Below are positions 29,160 through 37,064 of a stretch of DNA of 64,000 bases, one piece after another. Within the stretch, counting starts at the first letter, position 1, and the number at the start of each line of letters is the position of its first letter. This DNA comes from Bacilli bacterium (GTDB taxonomy: Bacteria > Bacillota_I > Bacilli_A > RF39 > UBA660). A program made the translations under genes and the position numbers. Where the stretch lies: the NCBI GenBank assembly GCA_045627525.1, contig JAZQNW010000006.1:20962-84961 (forward strand). The letters are read 5' to 3'. The notes below the pieces were generated by a model that saw nothing but the letters and a program-made list of their open reading frames with translations, was not told where the DNA came from and ran no database searches.

Positions 29160-29740
29160 ATGAAAAAATGAAAGTATTGTAAAAGTGATATAGATAAGAA
29201 AGCAAAAATTTGTTCTGTATGTAAAAAAACAAAAAAAGTAAATTTGGAAGTATTATAGGAAGATTATTATTATCTTTTATATTGATATTTGGTATAATTT
29301 TTATTATTTTAATTTCTATAACTAGTCTATTTAATCGAGATACTAAAATAGATAAGAATAAAATATATGAAATGAACGAAAGAATAGAATTTAATGATAG
29401 TGCTATTACTGTATTAAAATATGAAACTAAAGAAAAAGAAAGTGATATTTGGACCGCTGGAGATGGAAATGAATTTTATATAATATCTATTAATTTTGAA
29501 AATTTATCAAGTGCTGAAAAAAGCTTTTATTCGTCTAACTTTAAGCTAATTGATAGTAATGGTGAGACTTATAGCAGAGAATCATTTATAAAGCATGAAG
29601 AAATTGGAAGCGTTACTTTGCAACCTAATGGTAATGTTACCAAAGATATAAGATTTGCTATTCCAAAAAATATGGAACAAGTTACATTAAAATATGATAA
29701 TGGTTTGTTTGGTAGTACTGTTAAAATTAAAATAAAATAA
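29160..29740 (+). pseudogene. Zinc-ribbon-TM-DUF4352-like membrane protein gene disrupted by an in-frame TGA and a -1 frameshift in an A7CA7 tract; the downstream part is still an intact ORF from TTG 29282
   Basis: The frame from ATG 29160 reads M-K-K-*(TGA 29169)-K-Y-C-K-S-D...I-C-S-V-C-K-K, a CxxC...CxxC ribbon whose first Cys codon is TGA. It stops at TAG 29256. The +2 frame after the A7CA7 tract (29224-29238) reads KKSKFGSIIGRLLLSFILIFGIIFIIL (TM helix) and then the ~125-aa extracytoplasmic domain of ORF 29282..29740. Confidence 0.5.
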
Positions 29741-29884
29741 TAATAAAATATGATTGCATATAAAATAGCAATCTTTTTTATTATTAATTAAGTATTTATT
29801 TACGTTTTATTTACACGAAAAATGTGACAACACATTGTAAACATAATGGTAACATTATATACTTATTATAGTAGGTGTTGTTGT

Positions 29885-31159
29885 ATGAAAAAGTCTAAGA
29901 AAAAAGTCTTTATACTACTACTATTTATTGTAGGATTAATTTTAATATTTAGTGCTATTTTTATATTTAAAAATGATAGTGATTTTAACGCAATTGTTGT
30001 TGAATATAAAGATTTATATGAGAAAGGTAATATTCCAAAAGAAAATACTGATTTAAGTGATGTAGATAAAGTAAAGAATCATGTTAATAAGTTTTATGGA
30101 CATGATAAAGAAAAAGAAAAAATACTAAAAGAATTGGAGCAGTTAGAAAAATATTTAAAATTTAAAGATGAGATAAATTCATATTTTGAAGATGAAAATG
30201 TTATTAGATCTACAATAACAGATGAAGAAATAGCAATGCTTACTGAAGAAAAAAATAAATTGAATAAAGACTATCAAAAATTAGTTGAAGATAATATTCA
30301 GAATATAAATACTCAATATAATAATATTAAAAGTATTGAAGAAAAAATAAATAATTTATATGAAAATAATCAATTAAAACAAGGTATAACTCATGAGATA
30401 ATAAATAGTTATATTGATGAATTAAATAAAATACCTCAAAAGAATATTATTGAAAAAAATAAAATATTATTAGATGAGGCGAATAACACTATAAATGCTC
30501 GTCTAGAAGAACAAAGAAGAATTGCTGAACAAAGACGTAGAGAAGAAGAACAGAGAAGAAAAGCGGAAGAGGAAAGAAAACAAGCAATTAATGCTGCGTG
30601 GGTTAAACTTTCTGTTCCATATATTAGTCAAAATAAGAATAATGTATTAAATGGTTGTGAAGCAGCGTCATTACTTATGGGTTTGAAATTTAAAGGATAT
30701 TTAAAAGATATGTCTTTGCCAAAATATGCTGAGTTAATGCCAAAATCTAAAAATCCTCAGGAAGGATTTACGTATGATATATATGGTGTAGAGCCAAAGG
30801 ATATTCCGCATTGGATTGCTCCTGGAGCTTTGGCTGAGTTTGGAAGAAATTCATCTGGTAATCAAAATGTTGTAAATGGTACAGGTTTAACATTAGAACA
30901 ATTAGATAGAGAACTTGATAATGGAAATCCAGTTGTTATATATTTAACGGCAATGTTTAAGACTCCAAAAACTTGGGTTGAAGGAGCACCACAAAATATT
31001 CATGTACAATTATTGACTGGATATAATAAAATAACTGGTCAACATATTATTACAGATCCATGGACATATAATGATGGTAGAACAAAGTGGACTATTGAAA
31101 AAAATGTTATCGAAAATTTATACAATGCTTTAGGAAAACAGTCTGTAATTATACGTTAA
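29885..31159 (+). CDS. Membrane-anchored protein with a coiled-coil and a C-terminal peptidase C39-like (YvpB/BtrH-like) domain
   Basis: N-terminal TM helix (VFILLLFIVGLILIFSAIFIF), a coiled-coil with an RRREEEQRRKAEEERK stretch, and a C-terminal ...VPYISQNKNNVLNGCEAASLLMGL... pattern typical of C39-like papain-fold domains. Confidence 0.5.
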   Translation: MKKSKKKVFILLLFIVGLILIFSAIFIFKNDSDFNAIVVEYKDLYEKGNIPKENTDLSDVDKVKNHVNKFYGHDKEKEKILKELEQLEKYLKFKDEINSYFEDENVIRSTITDEEIAMLTEEKNKLNKDYQKLVEDNIQNINTQYNNIKSIEEKINNLYENNQLKQGITHEIINSYIDELNKIPQKNIIEKNKILLDEANNTINARLEEQRRIAEQRRREEEQRRKAEEERKQAINAAWVKLSVPYISQNKNNVLNGCEAASLLMGLKFKGYLKDMSLPKYAELMPKSKNPQEGFTYDIYGVEPKDIPHWIAPGALAEFGRNSSGNQNVVNGTGLTLEQLDRELDNGNPVVIYLTAMFKTPKTWVEGAPQNIHVQLLTGYNKITGQHIITDPWTYNDGRTKWTIEKNVIENLYNALGKQSVIIR

Positions 31160-31186
31160 TAGTAATTATAATGGTAAGAAAAATTA

Positions 31187-31232
31187 ATAAAGTATTTATA
31201 TTGAAATAATAAATGCTTTATTTTTTTTTTAT
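31187..31232 (+). terminator. Rho-independent terminator
   Basis: ATAAAGTATTTAT / ATAAATGCTTTAT 13-bp AT-rich inverted repeat followed by a T11 run. Confidence 0.6.
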
Positions 31233-31263
31233 TTTGATGTAAAATTAAGTTGCGTAGTTTTAT

Positions 31264-31338
31264 TGCCCCATAGCCAAGTGGTAAGGCAGTGCGCTCTGAC
31301 CGCACGACGCGTTAGTTCGAATCTAACTGGGGCAGCCA
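31264..31338 (+). tRNA. tRNA-Gln (anticodon CTG)
   Basis: U1-A72 acceptor (TGCCCCA/TGGGGCA), 3-bp D-stem, anticodon stem GTGCG/CGCAC with loop CTCTGAC, T-arm GTTAG-TTCGAAT-CTAAC, 3' GCCA. Confidence 0.85.
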
Positions 31339-31371
31339 TTTTTTTTAAATAATATACAAAGAGGTGTATTT

Positions 31372-33030
31372 ATGAATAAAGAAGAAAGAATTGAATTAGC
31401 TAATTTGTTGTTTCCTAATATAGATAAAGATAGAGAATACTTTGAAAAAATGTATCCTAAGAGAAATTTGCCAGAAGGTGCGATGGTTACTAGATTTGGT
31501 CCTAGTCCTACTGGTTTTGTACATATGGGTAGTTTATTTGGTGCATTTATTGATAGTGTTTATGCAAGACAAAGTAATGGTGTTTTCTTTTTGAGAATAG
31601 AAGATACTGATGCTAAAAGAACTGTTGAAAATGGAGTTGAAGGTATTTTTAATGATTTGGACAGTTTTGGTATTTATCCTAATGAATCTACTAAGAATGG
31701 TGGGAATTATGGGCCATATATTCAAAGCGAAAGAGTAGAAATTTATCAAACTTATGTTAAAGATATGATTATTAATGGTATTGCTTATCCATGCTTTATG
31801 ACTGAAGAAGAACTTGCATCAATTCGTGAAGAACAAGAAATTAATAAAGTTAGAACAGGTGTGTATGGAATTTATGCAGCTGATAGAGATTTATCATTAG
31901 CTGAAGTTAAAGAAAAAATTTCAAATGGTGAAGAATATGTCATAAGATTAAGAAGTGATGGAGATCCAAATAAAACTATAGAATTTACTGATTTAATTAA
32001 GGGAAAAATGAAATTTCCTGAAAATGATGAAGATTTTGTGGTTTTAAAGAAAGATGGTGTTCCTACATATCATTTTGCTCATGCAATTGATGATCATTTA
32101 ATGCATACTACACATGTTATTAGAGCGGATGAATGGGTTTCAAGTATTCCAAAACATGTTCAATTATTTAAAATGCTAGGATTTGAAAGACCTGAATTTT
32201 GTCATCATGCACCAATTACTAAAAAAGATGAAGAAACTGGTACTATTAGAAAATTATCAAAAAGAAAAGATAAGGAAGCAGCTGTTTCTTATTATGATGA
32301 AGCTGGAATTCCAGTAGATGCAGTTAAACTATATTTAGCTACTATATTAAATAGTAATTTTGAAGAATGGTATTTACAAAATTCTGATAAAAGTTATGAA
32401 GAATTTACATTTACTTTTGATAAGATGGCTGTTGGTGGAACAAGTTTTGATTTAGAAAAATTGACTAATATTTCTAAAACATATTTTTCACGTAAAAGTG
32501 GTGAAGATGTATTTAATGAAACTTATTCTTGGGCTTTAAAACATGACTTGGATTATGCTAAATTGTTGGAAGATAATAAAAATGATATGATTAAATTTTT
32601 GAGTATTGAAAAAGATGGAGCACGTCCTAGAAAAGATATATCTAAATATAGTGATGTAAAAGAAGAATTTAGTTATGCAATTGATTCAATGTTTTATAAT
32701 GAAAAGTATTCTAAATATGATGGTAATAAGAAATATGATAGTGAATTAATAACAGAATATATATCTAACATTGATTTAACTTTGACTAATGAGGAATGGT
32801 TTAATGGAGTAAAGGATTTTGCAGTTAAAAATGGATATGCTGCTAGTCCTAAGGAATATAAGAATAGTCCAGATGATTATAAAGGACATGTAGGTGATAT
32901 TTGTGAGGCACTACGTGTTATGATTACTGGTAGAACAAAATCTCCTGATTTATTTTCAATCATGAAAGTTTTAGGTAAAGATAAAATAATGGAGAGAATT
33001 AATTTTTATAAAGAGACTATTGAATATTAA
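31372..33030 (+). CDS. gltX: Glutamate--tRNA ligase, class I
   Basis: HIGH-type motif in RFGPSPTGFVHMGS and a KLSKR (KMSKS-type) motif; 552 aa. The tRNA-Gln gene sits directly upstream. Confidence 0.8.
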   Translation: MNKEERIELANLLFPNIDKDREYFEKMYPKRNLPEGAMVTRFGPSPTGFVHMGSLFGAFIDSVYARQSNGVFFLRIEDTDAKRTVENGVEGIFNDLDSFGIYPNESTKNGGNYGPYIQSERVEIYQTYVKDMIINGIAYPCFMTEEELASIREEQEINKVRTGVYGIYAADRDLSLAEVKEKISNGEEYVIRLRSDGDPNKTIEFTDLIKGKMKFPENDEDFVVLKKDGVPTYHFAHAIDDHLMHTTHVIRADEWVSSIPKHVQLFKMLGFERPEFCHHAPITKKDEETGTIRKLSKRKDKEAAVSYYDEAGIPVDAVKLYLATILNSNFEEWYLQNSDKSYEEFTFTFDKMAVGGTSFDLEKLTNISKTYFSRKSGEDVFNETYSWALKHDLDYAKLLEDNKNDMIKFLSIEKDGARPRKDISKYSDVKEEFSYAIDSMFYNEKYSKYDGNKKYDSELITEYISNIDLTLTNEEWFNGVKDFAVKNGYAASPKEYKNSPDDYKGHVGDICEALRVMITGRTKSPDLFSIMKVLGKDKIMERINFYKETIEY

Positions 33031-33031
33031 A

Positions 33032-33050
33032 AAGGCTTTGGCCTTTTTTT
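33032..33050 (+). terminator. Rho-independent terminator
   Basis: AAAGGC-tttg-GCCTTT hairpin followed by a T7 run. Confidence 0.7.
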
Positions 33051-33099
33051 ATTGTTATAAAGTTTTTTTTATGATAATGTAGTAATTGGTGATATATAA

Positions 33100-34644
33100 A
33101 TGACAAATAAAGAAGCAAAAAAGAAAGTTGATTATGTATTATTAAATTCTTCAGCGACTATTGAAGATTATAATAAATTAGAAAAATTTTTGTTTTGGTA
33201 TAAATATCAAAATGAGGAGTTTGCTTATAAATCTCTTGCTAGATTGTATTTAAAATTAGATGAGATTAGTAATGCCAAGAAATATGCTATGAAATGCTTG
33301 GAAGTTAATGATAAATGCCTTTCTGCTTATAATTTGCTATATAGAATTTTTACATCAGAAGAAAATTATGAAGAAGCATTAAAAAGCTTAAAAATATACA
33401 AGAAATTATCAGAAGATATAGGTAAAAATAATAATTATGATTTAGCCATTATTATGTTAGAGGCTTTATCTGATATGAAAAAAGATTATACTAAAAGTTT
33501 AAATATATCATATGAAATGGAATGTCCAACTATTTTTGGTAATTATGAAATAGATGATATAATTGTTGAAGGATTATACGAAGATGCTTTTAAATGTTTA
33601 GCAAATAGAAATTATAGGGAATTAAAAAAAGATTTAATGGGCATTAATCAATTATGTTTGAGACATAATTATTCTATGAATGTTGTTCCTTTAATTAGTG
33701 TATCTGAAGCATTAATTAAAAGAGAAGAAGAATGTGTTAGCAATAAAATATATAATAAAGAATATGATTTTTTAGAAGAATATGATGTTAGTGTAGATAC
33801 TGTTAAAGATAGTTATGTTGATGAAAAGTTGACATTAGGTAGTTTACTTGATTATATTGATATATTAATATCAACAAATTTTTCTAAAGCGTGTAATCTC
33901 TTTTCTGCAGTAGAAGATTATTTACCTGTTGATGATAGAATTAAATTGGTAAAGGGAAAAATTAATGAAAAATTATTACTTGCTAATTTAGATGATGAAA
34001 ATAAAGATATTTATAATAGATGCCTAAAAAATGGAAGAGAATTATGTTTAAAATATAATTTTAATGATGCATTGGAAAATTTTATGATGGGATTTAATAT
34101 TACGGAACATCCAATATTTAAATATTATATTGGTAAAGCATATTTTAAAGCTCATAATTATGATATGGCTTGTAAATATTTTGAGTCTTATATAGATGAT
34201 GGTGGAGCTAAATTAAATAAGGCATATTTTTATATGTCAGTTATTTCTGCTAAAAGCAATGATAAACATAATATGGTTAAATATAATAGTAAAATTAAAG
34301 AACTTAGTATGACGTTTAATTCTGAAAAAGAATTTAAATGTCCTTCTTATAATTTTAAAAGTAATAGTCTTTATTTTCAGAAAAAGAGGACTAGTCAAAA
34401 GTTAAAACAACAAAATATTAAATTTGTTAATTTGGATGATATAACTGAAAAAATTATAGGTTTACCTTTTGATGAGAAACTTAAAATTACTAGATCTTAT
34501 TATGAACAAGGACAGATTGCTGTTGGAGATAGGTTAATTAAGGAATTAGAAACCCTTACTGCTAATAATCCAAAAGATAGGTCCAAAGTTAATAAAGAAA
34601 AAGGAAAAAGAATGATCTATTTAAAGAATAAACACAATGCATAA
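33100..34644 (+). CDS. Hypothetical TPR-like helical-repeat protein, paralogue A (514 aa)
   Basis: Paralogous to 34701 and 35654 in both N-terminal and C-terminal regions (HPIFKYYIGKAYFKAHNY...FESYIDDGG versus HPLFKFYIGKTFYELKNY...FESYYEFGG). Basic C-terminal tail. Confidence 0.5.
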   Translation: MTNKEAKKKVDYVLLNSSATIEDYNKLEKFLFWYKYQNEEFAYKSLARLYLKLDEISNAKKYAMKCLEVNDKCLSAYNLLYRIFTSEENYEEALKSLKIYKKLSEDIGKNNNYDLAIIMLEALSDMKKDYTKSLNISYEMECPTIFGNYEIDDIIVEGLYEDAFKCLANRNYRELKKDLMGINQLCLRHNYSMNVVPLISVSEALIKREEECVSNKIYNKEYDFLEEYDVSVDTVKDSYVDEKLTLGSLLDYIDILISTNFSKACNLFSAVEDYLPVDDRIKLVKGKINEKLLLANLDDENKDIYNRCLKNGRELCLKYNFNDALENFMMGFNITEHPIFKYYIGKAYFKAHNYDMACKYFESYIDDGGAKLNKAYFYMSVISAKSNDKHNMVKYNSKIKELSMTFNSEKEFKCPSYNFKSNSLYFQKKRTSQKLKQQNIKFVNLDDITEKIIGLPFDEKLKITRSYYEQGQIAVGDRLIKELETLTANNPKDRSKVNKEKGKRMIYLKNKHNA

Positions 34645-34700
34645 TTGTGTTTTTATTGATTTTTAACTGATTTTATGATAAAATATAGCCGGTGATTTTT

Positions 34701-35591
34701 ATGAAGAAGGCGGAACTTAGAAAAATAATGACATCAGTATTTAGAAATCCAAATGAGTATAATTTAAAAAGATTAGAAAATACATTGTTTGAATATGCAA
34801 AAACTGATAAAGATGGTGGGTATTTTTTATTAGCAAGATATTATTTTAAATTGCTTTCTGATGATAAAGCTAGACTTTATGCTAATAAGTGTTTAGAGGA
34901 AAATCCTAATAATAGACAGGCTCATTATTTATTATATAAATTAGATATAATTGATGAAGATTTTATTTCGGCATATAAAAATTTAGATATTTATCAAAGC
35001 ATGGAGTTGGTAGAAGTTTCTGATAAAACTAATTATACAATTCCATTAACTATGCTTGGAATTTTAAATACTATGTGTGGCATTAAAGATAATGGTGCCG
35101 CAACAGCATTTTTAGAATTTAGTGATTTTTTTGGATCATTTAAATTTTATGATGAAGATACTTTAGATGAATATGCAAAAGTATATGATTCATTAAATAA
35201 TCGTAATTTTGATGAATTAGATTTACATTTAAATAATATGAAAGCAATTTGTGAAGATAAAGAATATCCTGTTGATTTTGGACCATTATTAACTATTAAT
35301 GATGCTATTAAGAAAAAGATTCATAGTAGAGGTTTTATTCCTAAAAGTTCTAATTCTGTAAAGTTCTATGATACTGATGAAGTTTTTTCAAAATTTAATC
35401 AACTTTCTTTTGATGAACAATTAAAGATGGCAAGATTTTATAGTTTAAATGTAAATACTGGAATTGGTAGTAAATTGTTTGATCAATTAATGATGAATAC
35501 TACAAATAGTCCTAAAAGACGATCAAATGTAAAAAAAGAACAGATAAAAGTTAAAAGTTTATTAGACAAATCTAAAATTAATAGAAATTAA
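34701..35591 (+). CDS. Hypothetical TPR-like helical-repeat protein, paralogue B (296 aa)
   Basis: N-terminal similarity to paralogue A (YFLLARYYFKLLSDDKARLYANKCLEENP versus LARLYLKLDEISNAKKYAMKCLEVND). Basic C-terminal tail. ATG 34701 follows a GGTGA RBS. Confidence 0.5.
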   Translation: MKKAELRKIMTSVFRNPNEYNLKRLENTLFEYAKTDKDGGYFLLARYYFKLLSDDKARLYANKCLEENPNNRQAHYLLYKLDIIDEDFISAYKNLDIYQSMELVEVSDKTNYTIPLTMLGILNTMCGIKDNGAATAFLEFSDFFGSFKFYDEDTLDEYAKVYDSLNNRNFDELDLHLNNMKAICEDKEYPVDFGPLLTINDAIKKKIHSRGFIPKSSNSVKFYDTDEVFSKFNQLSFDEQLKMARFYSLNVNTGIGSKLFDQLMMNTTNSPKRRSNVKKEQIKVKSLLDKSKINRN

Positions 35592-35653
35592 CTTTTTTCT
35601 TGAAAAAAATATATAAATGTGTTATTATATACGGCAACGAAATGAGGGGTAAT

Positions 35654-36976
35654 ATGTTGAGTAGAAAAGAAAATGATTTTATACAGAGATTTTTAAAAAG
35701 TAGAGATCATTCAGAAGCGGAATACAACTGTGTAGATCAAAAAATCGAATCTATTAAGGAAGAACAAAATAGTTATTATTATGTTCTTAAAACTAAAATG
35801 TTAAATACTAGAGGTAAATATTCAGAAGCTATAGAATTAGCTAATGAGGGTTTGGAAAAATATCCTGGACATTATTTAATTTATTATAATAAGTTTACAA
35901 CTTGTGTTATGTTAGGAGACTATGAAGCGGCATATAATAATTTTTCTAAATATAAAACTTTATTAACTACTAGATTTGGGTGTCAAGAAACTGTTAACTT
36001 AAGTTTACCTCTTGAACTTTTAAGAATGGCGAAGGATATAAAGTCTGATCCGGCTAATTTTTCATTTGAAGGTTATCAAGCTGAATATACTGATTCTTTT
36101 GCAAATTATACTTTATCTGATTCTATGATGTTAGATCATTATTATGATGCGATTAAGGCATTTAATAGTGGTATGTTTGAAGAATTAGGAGATATTTTAA
36201 ATTCTTTGCAAAGTGATTTTGATATTTTTAATTTACCAATTGAAATTAATAGCTTGAAACCTGTTGTGGCATTTATTAGAGAATTTAAAGAGGATAACAA
36301 GTATGATGATATTTTAAATTATAATTGGAATACTGGAAGTATATTGGATTTTAGTAATTTAGTAAAGAGTGCTATTGATGAAGGAAAAGAAGTAGATCAA
36401 GTTGTAATTCAAAATATTAGTCAATTAAGTTCTACTGATCATAAAAAAGCAAATAAAGCTTTACGTAGTATTTTCGATATTTGTTGTACAGAAGATAATT
36501 ATGATGAATATAGTGATTTATACTATAAAATAAAAGAAGATAAAATTTATAGTAAGTTGGATGAAATTAGCAAAAAAATTTATGACAGTTATCTTCAAAA
36601 TGGTGTTAAAGCTTTAGATGATGAAGATTATGATGTTGCTAGAGGATATTTTCAAGCTGGTTATTATACTACTTTTCATCCATTATTTAAATTTTATATA
36701 GGAAAAACGTTTTATGAATTAAAAAATTATGGTGTAGCTGAAGAATTTTTTGAATCATATTATGAATTTGGTGGTAGTAAGGGAACAGAAGCTAAGCATT
36801 ATCTTACATTAATTGAAAGTTCTCATGAAAAAGAATTAGAAACATATGCTAAAAATGGTGTTAGTGCTATTGATGAAATGATGTCAACAATTCAAAAAAC
36901 TCCTGATGTTGTTTCTTGGAATGATGAACCTGAATTTACTTTATCTAAAGTTATTTCTAGTAAAAAACTTGCTTAA
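35654..36976 (+). CDS. Hypothetical TPR-like helical-repeat protein, paralogue C (~440 aa)
   Basis: Shares its C-terminal domain with paralogue A. ATG 35654 follows a GAGGGG RBS; the ORF opens at 35600. Confidence 0.5.
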   Translation: MLSRKENDFIQRFLKSRDHSEAEYNCVDQKIESIKEEQNSYYYVLKTKMLNTRGKYSEAIELANEGLEKYPGHYLIYYNKFTTCVMLGDYEAAYNNFSKYKTLLTTRFGCQETVNLSLPLELLRMAKDIKSDPANFSFEGYQAEYTDSFANYTLSDSMMLDHYYDAIKAFNSGMFEELGDILNSLQSDFDIFNLPIEINSLKPVVAFIREFKEDNKYDDILNYNWNTGSILDFSNLVKSAIDEGKEVDQVVIQNISQLSSTDHKKANKALRSIFDICCTEDNYDEYSDLYYKIKEDKIYSKLDEISKKIYDSYLQNGVKALDDEDYDVARGYFQAGYYTTFHPLFKFYIGKTFYELKNYGVAEEFFESYYEFGGSKGTEAKHYLTLIESSHEKELETYAKNGVSAIDEMMSTIQKTPDVVSWNDEPEFTLSKVISSKKLA

Positions 36977-36992
36977 AAAAAGTTTCTATAAA

Positions 36993-37020
36993 AGAAGACT
37001 CAAAAGTCTTCTTTTTTCTT
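36993..37020 (+). terminator. Rho-independent terminator
   Basis: AAGAAGACT-caaa-AGTCTTCTT hairpin followed by a T run. Confidence 0.7.
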
Positions 37021-37064
37021 TCTATTACAATGTTTTTTTGATATAATAACTTTGGTGAAGAAGT

